Made by a program: the position numbers and the translations under genes
In this document: one piece after another, positions 13,093 to 26,887 of the stretch
Position numbering within the stretch: position 1 is the first letter of the stretch
Layout of the letters: every line of letters starts with the position of its first letter
Notes under the pieces: model-generated
Told to the model about the DNA's origin: nothing
The model's input: the letters and a program-made list of their open reading frames with translations, nothing else
Databases searched by the model: none
Assembly: GCF_006345805.1 (NCBI RefSeq)
Contig: NC_043008.1
Span: forward strand, 45,260,001-45,324,000
From: Octopus sinensis
Taxonomy: Eukaryota
DNA length: 64,000 nucleotides
Direction: 5' to 3'

Positions 13093-13237
13093 CAGTATAT
13101 ATATATATATATACAGTATATATATATATATATAGATATATATATACAGTATATATATATATATATACAGTATATATATATATATATATATACAGTATAT
13201 ATATATATACAGTATATATATATATATATATATATAC

Positions 13238-13327
<90 letters not shown>

Positions 13328-13689
13328 CAGTATATATATATATATATACATTATATATATATATATATATATATATAACAGTATATATATATATATATAT
13401 ATATATAACAGTATATATATATATATATATAATATATATACAGTATAATATATATATATATACAGTATATATATATATATATATATACAGTATATATTAT
13501 ATATATATATTATATACAGATATATATATATATATATATATACAGATATATATATATATATATATATTATACAGTATATAGATATATATATATATATATA
13601 TATATACAGTATATATATATATATATACAGTATATATATATATATTATATATTATATACAGTTATATATATATATATAATATATATACA

Positions 13690-13725
<36 letters not shown>

Positions 13726-13779
13726 TATATATATATATATATATACAGTATATATTATACATATATATATATATATACA

Positions 13780-13813
<34 letters not shown>

Positions 13814-13915
13814 TATATATATATGTATATATATATACAGTATATATATTATATATATATAGTATATATATATATATATTATATATATAATATATATATA
13901 TATATACTCATATAT
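13093..13915. repeat. (TA)n array punctuated by recurring CAG units
   Basis: Higher-order unit CAG(TA)n is repeated throughout. Confidence 0.95.
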
Positions 13916-13929
13916 ATTAAAAGAAGCAC

Positions 13930-14243
13930 TCAGCCGGTTACGACGACGAGGGTCCCAGCTGATACGATCAAGAAGAACAGGTTGCACGTGAAATTAACGT
14001 GCAAGTGGCTGAGCACTCCACAGCACGTGTACTATTAATGTAGTTCTCCGTGAGATTCAGCGTCACACAGAGTGTGACAAGGCTGGCCCTTCGAAATACA
14101 GGTACTACTCATTTTTGCCAGCTGAGTGAACTGGAGCAACGTGAAATAAAGTGTCTTGCTCAAGGACACAAAGCGTCGCCGGAAATTGAACTCACGACCT
14201 TACGATCGTGAGCCAAACTCTCTAACCACTAAGCCACGTGCCT
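13930..14243 (-). mobile_element. tRNA-derived SINE (family 2)
   Basis: The minus strand starts aggcacgtggcttagtggttag with a B-box-like gagttcaattt, followed by ccttgagcaagacac. It is homologous to 24417-24713. Confidence 0.85.
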
Positions 14244-14473
14244 TCACACACACCCAAACACACACATACTGTAGTATGGTAACAACTGCAAGTATTCTGA
14301 AATCTTAAGCAGTCTTTCACTTTCTGAGCTCCGTGTTTAGCAGGTGTTTGGAACTTCACTAAAGATAGACTGCATATTATATACTATCTTTGCAGAAATC
14401 AATTTATCTAAATAAATGAAACTGAAATCGATTTTATTTCTTATCTGAAATTCATAACTGTGTGTGTGTGTGC

Positions 14474-14509
<36 letters not shown>

Positions 14510-14583
14510 TTGTGTGTGTGTTTGTATTAATCAAAGTATATAATGTTCTACATCTAGTTCAGAAGGTTGTGCCAATCTGTTTT

Positions 14584-15023
14584 CAGATAGACAATACAAA
14601 GAAAACAAGGACGGGTCATTCGAAGTTTTCTTTCCTCAGTCAAGCACCAGATTATCCTCGCAATTTCGGCTGATTATTCCTGAGATTGCTCCAATCTGGC
14701 CAGCCCCTAGGAAAAAATAAGCTAAGAGCATTAGATTCCTTGGAAGAAAGCAGCGAATGTATACAAAAACAAGGACGGAAAAAACGGACAAATTTACACA
14801 AATATAAATACAATGAAAAAATACAATAAAATTAATAACAGGACATAACAACAGGTGTCTTTCGACTAGGGACGAATTGAATTAAGCTGGTGCATGTGGA
14901 AATGAAGCCTTATGGCAGAGAACGAAAATTTCACAAACAGATGAAACATAGTAAAAGATAAGATCCAAGGAAGGGAAGACGGAAAAAAAATCGCCAACGG
15001 TACACACGCGGTCACATTTTGAA

Positions 15024-15025
<2 letters not shown>
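14584..15025. mobile_element. Interspersed repeat, probable Penelope-like terminal repeat
   Basis: 14584-14939 appears identical to 30986-31341, and the ORF track gives identical 71-aa translations. The Penelope assignment is inference. Confidence 0.6.
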
Positions 15026-15063
<38 letters not shown>

Positions 15064-15819
15064 ACTAGCTTAAGCTAGTATATAGCTTTTAAGCAACTGA
15101 CCCCGAATGGAAAGATCTTCAAACATATCTGACTTCCTTTTGAGTATTTGCTGCAACTGCTTCCTCCAGAGTCATATCTCAAAGATGATCATATTCGTTG
15201 CAAAAAAAACCATGTAAAAAAAATCGCCGAAAACTATCGCAGCAATGAAAACATAGGAATCACATTTATTATATTATACTATATTATTATAAGGCAGCAA
15301 GCTGGCAGAAACGTTATAAGAGTTACGGAATAGAGTAGGTAAGATCCGGGCTACATATGTTTCATAGCGAGCGGAACCTCCGAAGTGGTAAAAATCCAAA
15401 CGAGGTGTATACTGACGGCTACCCTCGGATCCCTTCAATTTAATGCCCCCCCCCCTATTTACACTATATTTTCTGTAAATTTTTATTTTTCATTTTTTAG
15501 CAATGACTGTATGGCCACAAATACAAGCAATCCCACCCCTGTTCATGTTAGATGCTTTGTGTTTTTATTCTTTTATTTCCTCCTTTCTAACTACGCTTAC
15601 TGACTGTAACAAATGGATCTAGAATTTCTCAACACTACAATATAACTTGATGCGAAATCGAAATGTAAATCTTTGAGCTCATGAAGCTTCTTATGTCACC
15701 AGATACATTACATTCACATTTAAGTAGTTGAGCTGCTGTTTTAGTATCCAATTATAATATTGTAGTGGCTGTGTAAGTCAGCCCCGCTAGGCGTAAACAT
15801 TATTGTATGTTTGTGAGCA

Positions 15820-16395
15820 AGTTATTCTCTTCCAGGAACGTGATAAGTCTCCTTCTGACCATGCGTTCCATGACCTTGCTAACATGAGAAGTCAGAGAGG
15901 CATTTAGTTTTAGCGTCTGCTCTGTTTCCTCCTTTATGGACAAGGCATATGATACCCTCTTTTAACAGTTGGGGAAAAAAGTATCTACCGTGATTTTGCG
16001 AAAACTTTCTTGTATGTTTTTAGGAGAGAATACGGAAATCCATCTCGGTCCGTTGTTTGAGCTCATCTCATGAATGGCAGATATTACATCTCCCTTTCTT
16101 ATATCGATATAATCGATGGCTGCCTTTTTCCTATTTAGGTCTGCAGTGTTGGAGAACTCGTTAGGCTCGCCCACTTGCCAGTTTCCCAGTGAAAATATGA
16201 AGACACTCTGGAATTGCTTATACAGCACTTCACTTATCTTCTTGGGTTCTGCAATTAGCTAGCCGTTTTTCTTTTCAAACAGTGGCCCTGTCTTGTAGTG
16301 CACTGAGGCAGACCCTTACGGGAACTAGTAGAAGGCTTTAGGATAATTTTTTATATTTCCGTCGCCTTTGTTTCTCCTTTTCTTTTCATGGGAGA
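15820..16395 (-). pseudogene. Degenerate CR1-like ORF2 fragment
   Basis: Colinear with 9440-10040 (SLTSHVSKVMER and HYKTGPL equivalents) with many indels. Confidence 0.8.
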
Positions 16396-18061
16396 AACTA
16401 ATAAATAACTGAAACCGTATTAAGCATATAAATATCATACTAGTATCAATTTTACCCAGATTCGATACTGAATGCTGGATATATATTGTATTATTCAACT
16501 GAAAATGTCCCGTATTTCAAGTATACTCATTGAGCTAAAGATTTAATTAAAACTGAGTGACGAATTTGCATACTTGATTATAAAGTAAAGTATGGACAAA
16601 TATACTGGATTATATTTGCTCATAAAAAGTAGATTTATAGAGTAACATGTAAGTTGAAAATGTGACTTAACCCAAATAACTATTTGTTTCGGTACTATGC
16701 AGAACAAAGAACCGGATAATAATAAATATTTAGGATTGGATTTTCAATATTCTTATTTTTCTATTAGTCCTCAGTTTACTTAATATTCTCGATATCCACA
16801 ATGTTGCTTCTTTATTAGATTAAAAGGAAAAGTATTTCTGAATGAAAAATATTTAAAAATCTTCTTTAGTTGTCATCTGAAGTACAGAAATACTGCCTTT
16901 AATAAAATAAAGAAAACCATAGAGTTCATATGATAGAAACAGTCGGCAGAAATCAATACTGTTTTATGATAAGCCAGAAAATATATCAATTGGAAAGAAA
17001 TGAATGCTGGAGAAATCAAGAATAGATTTTATCGAATTTTTCTTTTGCTAAATATTGAATATAATGGTTTGCCGAATCGAACTATCTCCAAGTAATCTTC
17101 AAGTTGCTATTTCGAGTTGGAATCGATATGAGAACAAAAGAAGATGGAGAAATCTTATGCATTTAAAGATGTCTTCAAGATCAGAGTTTCTTTTTATGTG
17201 TAAGCATCAAAATATCTTGAATTGGTTGAAATTAGTAAGGATCGCAGAAGGAAAACTCGCGAAGCAAAGTAAAATACTTTGTTGCTATAGAGACATATTT
17301 CAATGGTTTTTGTCTTCTAATGGCTAAGACTTTTAAGAAAATAACAGCAAACAATTTCCTTAGGAAAAATATCGAGACAACAGTAAAGCATTATTAAACT
17401 TTAAGTTGCGTTTTCATATCGTTATTGGAAATTTATACTCATCTGAATATTGTATTACATTAAAATCTGAATAACCATTGGAAACCCTGGTATAACTTCT
17501 TAAATTTAAGCCAATTTCAAATATTTGGATTGGTCATAGAAGGGGTGTTTTATATTCAGTTTTAACTTCTTGAATGAGTTCAAAGTGCTGAATAAATGCA
17601 CATTGTCAGAATAATTTCTCTACCATCTGGGTGCACTTTTCATTGCTAACCAGACAGTGTGAAGCTGGAATATAACAGAGTGATTAGGATAAGAATAACG
17701 TAATTTAACAAACTGATCACACATTGTTAGTATGAATTAATTTTAGACGTGATTTAATTATTTATAATTGGGCTACATTGATAGAATATTACTGATTAGG
17801 ATTTCTCTTGATCTGTGATTCATTAAAACAATAACTTTTGAATACTGTTTAGTCAATCAGTTTTAAAATATTACTAATATCTATGCTTAGAGTTTATAAT
17901 TAGCAAGCAACATCTCTCAAAGCCAGCAAGATTGTATTCATTTCAAAATATTCTTTTTAAATATAAGATTTTTCAACTTTGTTTTAACGCTTTGAGAATA
18001 TTTATTAAATACGAGCAGAGATACCCAGCGTTGCTCGGGATTTAATTTAGCATATTTTTTT

Positions 18062-18315
18062 TTATTGCTTTATTTGTTTCAGTCAGGTGACTGCAGCGAT
18101 GCTGGAGCACCGCTGTTAGTTGAAGCAATCAACCTACCTCAGAATTTATTTTTTGTAAGCCTAGTATTTATACTATCGATATGTTTTGCTAAACGGCTAA
18201 GTTACAGGGATGCATACACAGCAGCATCGGTTGTCAAGCGATGGTTCGGGTACAGACACAAACACAGACACACAAATATACACATGTATACGACAGTCTT
18301 CTTTCAGTTTCCGTG
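18062..18315 (-). mobile_element. SINE family 1, 3' part
   Basis: Homologous to 54120-54340, with tail gtgctccagcatcgctgcagtcacctgactgaaac. Confidence 0.8.
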
Positions 18316-18326
18316 TATATATATAA

Positions 18327-18383
<57 letters not shown>

Positions 18384-18417
18384 TATATACATATATATAT
18401 ATATACATATATATATA

Positions 18418-19187
18418 TTTTTTTTTTTTTCTCTTTCAGCTCAGAGCTACGGCCATGCTGATGCACCGCCGTTTTGTGCTACACTGTTATTACGACGAAC
18501 CTCCTCTAATATGTGGCACTTGGTGAAGAATGGAGTTTGATATAGCTACTCTCATTTGCACCTCTTGCTGTTAGGTAGGTTCATCTGGAACTCTCGACAG
18601 GAAGATGTCCAGCTTTGATTTAAAAACCACTATATCTACTTGGTGCAAGTTCCTCAAACTCTTTGGGAGAATATTAAAAAGCTGTGAGCCCTTGAAACCC
18701 AGGCTGTTGCAGAAGCTGGTCCTGAAGCGTGATGGCATTGCTGGGATCTTTGGCACTATGCAGTGTCGTCCCGTTCTAGCATTGGTGTAGCTTACAATGC
18801 CAAAATTTGGCACAATTCCTTCCAGGATCTTCCAGACATATATTACTGCATACCTCTCCCGCCTTCTCTCCAGGGAGTAGAGTCTTAGCTGTTTCAACCT
18901 TTCCCAGTAGCTGAGCTGTTGCAAAGAGACGATCTTCTCTGTGTATCTTCTCTGGATTGCTTCAAGGTCCGCTGTTAATTTCACACTGGTGGGTGACCAT
19001 AGCTGTGAGCAGTAATCCAGCAGAGTCCCAGATGAACCTACCTCACGGCAAGAGGTGCAAATGAGAGTAGCTATATCAAACTCCATTCTTCACCAAGTGC
19101 CACATATTAGAGGAGGTTCTTCGTAATAACAGTGTAGCACAAAACGGTGGTGCATCAGCATGGCCGCAGCTCTGAGGTGAAACAAAA

Positions 19188-19190
<3 letters not shown>
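18418..19190. mobile_element. Two CR1-like family A 3' ends fused head-to-head
   Basis: 18418-19020 is the minus-strand ORF2 C-terminus plus 3' UTR. 19022-19190 is the last ~165 bp on the plus strand. The junction is at about 19021. Confidence 0.9.
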
Positions 19191-19221
<31 letters not shown>

Positions 19222-19240
19222 TCAATAAAAGCAATTAAAG

Positions 19241-19285
<45 letters not shown>

Positions 19286-19872
19286 CAATTACATGAAAGC
19301 ATTCTCATTGTTAAAAACTAGCAATAATAAGGTGGTTAGCTTGACTTCTACCTTAATAGGTATAATATTAAATATTTGAATAAAAGAAGGGTAAAAATAA
19401 TGCTTGCCAAAGATGAAATCGAAAGCTTTAACAACCACGAATCCTGCGATAAATACACCTCTTACTTATCACGGTAGCGGTCTTGCTAACCACCTCATTA
19501 TTACTGTTTTTAACAGTGATAATGCTTTCATATAGTTGCTTTTTTAGTGTTTACGTTAGTTTTCTCTTTAAATGGAGCGGGACGTTTAATGTTCGAAACG
19601 CACACAAGTTGACGTGGTGAATATTTTAGAAATAGATGTTACTATCTCCAACTGAAGGTTGCAAAGCTCTTTTCCTCATGCACAGTATGAAATTAATTGA
19701 TATTGGGGGACGTAAACTACCTTCAAATTCCATCCTGAAGGTAGGCCTATTTTTTAAAGTGTTCATTGCGTTGAGGGTGCGTGTATTTTATCGCAGGATT
19801 GGTGGTTTTTAAAGCTTTCGCTTTCATCTTTCGCATTCATCTTTCGCAAGCGTTATTTTTACCCTTCTTTTA

Positions 19873-19906
<34 letters not shown>

Positions 19907-20383
19907 AAGATATATGCCTATTTATATATGCCCGGGTATGTAAGAAACTTTGTCGATAAGCAATGCCCTTTACCTTTTTACCCTTTTTTTGTACTCATTG
20001 AACCGTTATTTTGTAAAATGAAGCCTAAAAGGCATTAAGGGCACCGTTCCCTTGCATGCATGAAGAAAATCTATGACAGTCAAAGTGCATTTTCTGGTTT
20101 AGTTGAGCACATTCAACCCAGTTCTGCGGGATCAGTGTCGCGACGGGAACGCATTGGTTAGGAGTTTGACAGGCAGAGGTGATATGGTTGCACATGCCGG
20201 CCCTTTTGACAACCCCCCTCCACGAACCCAAGTTGGGTTCGGACCACAGCTAAGCCCTACCTAATCCTAACTTAAGTCTAGCGAAAGGGGGCTCGGGAGC
20301 CTCTAGTAGGCAACGACTAATACCGATCTAGTCCTTTCCCTGTAGGGAACGAAGGCGCATGTGTAGGTTGCAACGTCTTCTCT

Positions 20384-20608
20384 TCACTCCAATACTTCTG
20401 TGTATACGACGTTCCTAGCTGTCCCTTTGGGCGAAAACATGAAAACATCATTGCGCCACCGAACGCGTGAACAGCCCACGTAGAGCTGACCGTGGGCGAA
20501 GCACTGTTCGCCCAAATGTAACCCAGCGACTTGTAGCGTTTGGCCTTGGGATTTATTTATGGACATTGCAAAGCAGAGTTTAGCAGGAATCTGAGAACGC
20601 CTGAAGTG
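20384..20608 (-). pseudogene. C-terminal fragment of Helitron RepHel (Pif1-like) helicase
   Basis: HFRRSQIPAKLCFAMSINKSQGQTL...CFAHGQLYVGCSRV...TARNVVYTEVL. Confidence 0.9.
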
Positions 20609-21593
20609 GATAAAAGCGGCTTATAATATACCAAGAGTTTGCAAGTAGCGTCCGAGGACCCTTAGGGTACGTCAAAAATTTAAGGTAAAATGTTTGGGGT
20701 GGTATTTATAAAGAAAGTTTAAACAAAAAAAGTATTCGAATAACTTGCGGCTGCAGAAGTATGCCAAGGTTATGTTGTCTGGTCATGTTTTGTCTCGTTG
20801 ACTGCTAAAGGTGGCTGTGTTGGGGGTAAAGTCTCGGAGGTAAGTTCTTCGTGGTAGGAATTGGTTCACCAAAACTTAGGTTAGTTTGGAGGTTTCGATG
20901 TAATATTTGGTTTGTATGTGGGATACCTTGAAGATTAAGTCTAGATTTCCTCCTGTGGGTTGAATTATCGATAGCCGTTTGATAGTTATTTGGGGGAGTA
21001 AGAGTTAAAGAAGGTCGAGTTGCGTCCCCTAGACCGTCTGTGGTTTGTGTTTAATACACAAATCGGTTTGCTATGTGTGCTACATATGATGTAATTAACC
21101 GAATTTTTCCAGTAATAACATATCCTATTGGAATAAAAAGGGCCATATAGCTCCCTGGAGCAGACATGATGCTCGCTGTGAATTTTTTAAAAAATTCCTG
21201 CCAATTTGTTAAAGATATTGTCGAAAATCTGTCATCTTGAATTTGAACGCGATTTTCCAAAATGAAAACCAACATCAGAATTAAGTTTCTTAGGGTAACA
21301 TTAAGCTTCACCATGAGTTTGGTGAATATTGATTGCAAGTTGCGAAAACTACAACATAAAATGTGTCTCATATGAAAAGCTTAGATTCTCGAGCCCATGC
21401 CGAGTTTATCAATTTTATTCAGAACTGGGGGAAGTTTTCAAAACTTTCGCTGCGTTAGTTTTGAATTATTACATTGGGTTATGTGTATGTCAAGTTTCAT
21501 CAGAATCGGTTGAAAGCCGTGGTCAGGGTGAGGGTACAACCTGACAGACACACAGACAGACAAACTGCTTTTTATATAGATAAAAGATAAGAT

Positions 21594-21639
<46 letters not shown>

Positions 21640-24416
21640 CTGTTTATATATATATATCTGTTTATATATATGTACATATATGTGTTTATATATATGTACA
21701 TATATCTGTTTATATATATGTACATATATCTATCTATATATATATATGTATGTATATTATGACACTTTGAATTTTTGCTGAAGGTTTGTTACATGCAGCA
21801 TCAAGCATCTTAAACAGAACTGCCATTTATCTTTATACCTGTCACTAATAATGAAATTTATGTATGATATTTGTTCTTTTACTAGTTGACAGTGAAATAG
21901 TATTCTGCGAGAGATGTTTTCGTTTTGAGCATGACAACTTTTCACCGAAAGAAACGGACATAGCAGCTTCTGTATGGGCTATACACTTTAACATCCTAAG
22001 AGACAGTTAATATTGATGGCTAATATTAGCACACGTGTCTACACATTCTGACTTAGAATAGTAATTGATTCCCGAAATATGGATCGAAAAGTTCATTAGA
22101 GCAAGATATTGCTATTTACAGCGTATAAGACCCCATTAGAAACCATTCCTAATATAACATAAGACAAGAAAAAGGGCGGGGACTTAAGTTGATCAAATCG
22201 ACACCAATAAGATTATGTCATCAATGTCTAAAGACAGTTAATGTTTACTAGACCAGGATTTCATCTCAAAACGTTAGAGTATATAATCAAATAAAGCAAA
22301 ACTATCGAACATTTCACAAATTCTACAACTTCCTCGCACTAATAATGTAATATAAAAAAAAAATGTGCATGCTTCTTAATATCATCCAACATAAGCATAT
22401 CAAAGATAGTAATTTAATCATCTACGCAGGAAGAGTTTATGTCAATAAAGTACTGAATTTGATTCATGATCAGAACTGAAAACCAAGAAATTGGGTAAAC
22501 TCAATATTCCCCCAGGAAAAATACCGCGGTTGACTAAAAAAAAAATAAAATGAAAAAAAAAAAAAACCTAATCAAATATGATGAATCTTACAAAACAGAA
22601 ATATAGCGATAACTCTTTTTTATACTGTACAAAAACATAAGCTTGTGGAAGTCCTAAACATTTTTGATAGTTTTCTACAAATTTCAGCTCCACGTTTTTG
22701 ATATACGTTTCTCTCGTAATTCTATTTGCCGTTAGATTTTACATATGATGCTATTTAGATATCTCAGTTGAGTGTTTCAAGAATATGTTTACGGAACCTA
22801 TGCAAAATTGACGTTAATTATTTTTCATGTGAATAATGTCTATGGGAGAATTCGAGGAGGGAAATATGTTCCCACTCGCGTCGGTGTGCATTTGAGAGGT
22901 GCAGAGTCCAAATCATTCCATATTAATAAGCAGCGAAGAAGATTTTTAATACTTGTTTATAAGAGGTTACAAATGTGAGAAATCAATGTTTCATTCTAAG
23001 ATTGCCAAACTCACACATACAGTCACATATACATAAATTATTCAAATATTTCCTGAAACCGAGACGAGTACAAATGAATATAGCAAGAAACAAGTTTAGA
23101 AAAAGACTTTGTGCTGAATACTCCAGGCATTATAGATTGCCATAAATTCTAAAAATTTGGAAATACTGATAGCGAAAATTATCACAATAAAGCATTCATT
23201 TATTCAAATTTATTCTGTAATTTCTTGTTATTTTAGATTCCTGATGAAGAAATCGCAAACAACCAAAGTCCTTTGAGAGAGATAAATATTGATGTTGCTC
23301 AGTTTGCATCTGTAGAATTTACTGGTTTTTATGCTGTAGTTGTTGTGCTTGTTGCCTCATCATCGCTGTAAATGACAGTATTTTTGTTCTTATTGTTGTT
23401 GCACTTGTGATAGCGATTGATGGTTTCTACTAATGGTAGTACTAATAAACATTCATGATGTTTGTTGGCGGTCTTTGGTGATCGGAGTGGGTGGAGTTGT
23501 TCACTTCATACAACATATAACGAATATATTGAATATATTATATGAAAAAGATTGGAGAAGATTTGTAAAGAGATTTTTTAAAAAATATTTTACCAATTTT
23601 CATAGTGGCTTTAGTGGCTTGAGAGCTCTAATTTTTTCCTTAGCCGTGTTCAACCTGTTTTTAAAGTACGGTTTCTCAATATTATTGTCTAGGCATTAGC
23701 TACGTATTCAAGTACTGCAAAATTATAACTGGCAATTGCCGATTGCACATTAGACCGGGATAGTATGTTTTCTTTTACATTAATATTTAGCATTTTAAAA
23801 AAAATACTGGTCTACTAATTTTCATTATTGACCATATTCTCTTCCTCATTTCTCAATCATTATTGCTGACCGGATAAGTTCGCATTTTACTGAGGTTTTT
23901 AACGGGAACATTCCACAAGTATTCATTCATCATTCATGCTATATGCGATTAAGCTTTCCATTTCACAGTAGCTTCTTATATTTGCATCCTCAAGATGACC
24001 TTATCTACACTTAGCATTTTACAATGTTTTGACTGTAGAAAAATATGTCAACGAGAATATTTTCAGACAACAACTTATTAAGTGAGTGACATCCTCAGTG
24101 AAAACTCCACAAATTGCATAGCTCAGTTCCCCAGACTGCATTGTTCAATTTCACAGACTGTATTGCTGAATCACTTTCCTCTTGTTATTTCCCCTTCCTA
24201 TATTACACAAGCATAATATTCTTACACATGCTTACATGCTTTCTTTTCTTTCCTTTTCTTGGAAATTGCTTCCTTCTAACACACACATACTTTTCTTTTT
24301 CTGATCGTCGAAGCCGTCTTCTTTTTGCACTTATCTATCAGTAAATAATCTGAGAACGAAGAGATATCTAGTTGTCCAAAGGGTGTCAATTAAAAGATTC
24401 CTGTGTGAAGGTCGTT

Positions 24417-24713
24417 AGGGCGTGTGGCTTAGCGGTTAGGATGTACTGCTCAGGATAAGGTCGTGAGTTCGATATCCAGCATGGTTTTGTGCCCTTGAGC
24501 AAAACACTATTTTATGTTACTCCAATCAACTCAGCTGGCAAAAATGAATTAGCCCTGTATTTCAAAGCCTTGTCACATTCTGTGACACGCTAGATCTCCC
24601 AAAAAAACTACGTATTTATGAAGTGTTCAGGCATTTGCATGTTAATTTCATGCGCTGGCTGTCGCATTGAGCGGATCAACTGGAACCCTCGTCGCTGTAA
24701 TCGACGGAATGCC
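24417..24713 (+). mobile_element. tRNA-derived SINE (family 2), diverged
   Basis: Contains gggcgtgtggcttagcggttag (A box) and gagttcgatatcc (B box). Homologous to 13930-14243. Confidence 0.8.
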
Positions 24714-26141
24714 AATGTGCTGGTCGCTATTTAGAATGAAGGCAAAATATATTGACTTCAACTGTGTTGACATTCAACGATATAAATAATAGTACATAGA
24801 ACTATATAGTTATTGATATTTCAAAGTTATAGATTATAAATACATTTTCAATAAGTAAATATTAATATGTGGCCGGGTTAAATGGTTTCCCAGTGCTGTA
24901 ATATTTCTAGTAACAACGAAATGACGTGAATAGTATTGAGGTTCTTTGGGAACGTACCTTTGCAATTTTGTTATAGTTTCTTTTTTCCTGATTATGTTTC
25001 TGTGGTATTATATATAACTTTATGCATTCGTTGAGTATTAGCTGAAATATGATTGAGCAGAAATATGTTGAAAGACATTGCAGAAGTGACGTCATTTCAT
25101 ATTTGAAGAGCTATAAAGGGCTACATTGTCTAATTTTGTCTTCCATGTTTTTATGGTGTAAGGTATAATACTGACACGATAACAATCATCTAGATTTTGA
25201 AGCTCCTACATCATATAATAAGAAAGGAAAGAAAATACCTTCAAAAGTCTATGTCTTCTAATATTAAAAACTTCAGTACAACTCCTCTAAAAACTAATTA
25301 AGAACGGGAGTCCAATGCAAGTTGTATAAGTGAAAACGTGTAGATAGAAAATTACAATGAGTGGATTTATTTGGAAACGTGAAGAATCTAACCTCTGGAC
25401 ATTTTTTCATTTTCAGAATATAAAATAAATTTGAAAACAATGCATTGATTGTGGTTCTTGTCAGTTGTTTTCTACAAATTTTCACAACAAAATCCTCTGC
25501 ATTTTTCCGACAACGGATTAATCACAAGACTTTATCAGGAAACATTCGCAATGAATTTTATATGTTATGAAGCACTTGTCAAGAAGTCGATAATATGGGT
25601 ACTTGTGAAGTGAAAATGAAAAGGATCACGTGGTAATTAGAAAGAGAACAAGAAAAGAGAAAAAGTTTGATATTTATCTATATTTTATCATGAACGTAAA
25701 ATCCTGGTGACCACTTTAAAAACCTTTTATTCAAATATCAGCATCAATCGTGCGCAAACTATCATGATACAGAAAGAAGTATTTGCAAAGACCTACATAT
25801 CACATTTTGCTATGTACTGGTTATAAAACAATCAAATTTTATTAAAATATAAGAGAACATCATTGTTTCTATGTTCAGTATAATGAATGGGCAATTTTTA
25901 TTCATTACTTTAAAGTGTTACTTTTTTAATAAAATGGTAAAAGGGAATATTCAATATACAGATTCTAAAGGAGAGGTATTTTGGTAAATATCATGTTTTC
26001 ACTAGCTATTCTGTGTTATAGAATGCATATGAAGTTCAAGCTATGAATTATTAAAATTAATCAGGTGAAGAGTTTAAAATATTCGTTAATAAAATGTGTA
26101 TTGAATGAATCACTCAAATATGCTTGAAATATGTTAGGGTT

Positions 26142-26142
26142 T

Positions 26143-26232
<90 letters not shown>
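26142..26232. repeat. (TAC)n microsatellite
   Basis: Directly visible. Confidence 0.95.
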
Positions 26233-26234
<2 letters not shown>

Positions 26235-26384
26235 CAGAGATAAATTAGTATATATATATATATATATAATATATATATATATGCACGAACAAAAATAGAT
26301 GCATACATAATTAATGTTGCTCATATCTTAAAAGTTCTATTCGAGCAATATTTACGTCACCAACATAGAATCGGTTACAACATT

Positions 26385-26887
26385 GTCAATGGGACAATGC
26401 CCTGTGGAACACCGCTTGTTATTTGTGTTTCCTTGGTGGTGGCTCCATTGGCCACCACTGCCTGCCTTCTATCTTTTAGGAAGTTGTGCAGCCACTCTTC
26501 AAGTTTTCAGCCTATGCCGAGATCACGCAGTTTGTGACAGATCATACCATGGTCGACTTTATCAAAGGCCTTGGCAAAGTCGAGATATATCACATCCAAA
26601 CTTGAGCCATTTAGTAGCTGTTTTAACACCCAGTCATAGTGCTGCAGGAGCTGTGTTAGACAGCTTATACGTGGTCGAAATCCATGCTGGGTGTCAGTCA
26701 GCAAGTCATTTTCTTCAAAGAACATGATTAGTTTCTTGCGGACTATTCGTTCCATGACTTTGCTGATGTGTGAGATCAGAGAGACAGGCCTATAATATTT
26801 AGCATATGCTCTTCTTCCTCCCTTATGGATAGGGCATATCATCCCTTCTTTCAATTTGACTGGGAGCTTACCACTTGCAAGAAGCAT
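26385..26887 (-). pseudogene. CR1-like RT fragment (family A-related)
   Basis: YRPVSLISHISKVMER, QHGFRP and YLDFAKAFDKVDH. Confidence 0.9.

Larger units (their letters stand above)
18012..21580 (-). mobile_element. Non-autonomous Helitron with nested insertions
   Basis: Minus-strand 5' end A|TCTATAT at 21580, followed by a (CTGT)n-like tract. Internal helicase C-terminus in the same orientation. 3' hairpin cccgagcaacgctggg, then ...CTCG|T at 18012. Confidence 0.7.

Noticed and set aside
14608-14645. Hammerhead-like ctgagga...cgaat on the minus strand (also near 31010-31045)
   Set aside because: GAAA is replaced by GAAT and there is no stem I pairing.
18571-19086. 171-aa ORF as a novel protein
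   Set aside because: It is a read-through across the inversion junction, joining antisense and sense LINE sequence.
23235-23265. cctgatga after a possible decayed Penelope endonuclease region
   Set aside because: No correctly placed GAAA or helices were found, and the upstream homology is too decayed to support.
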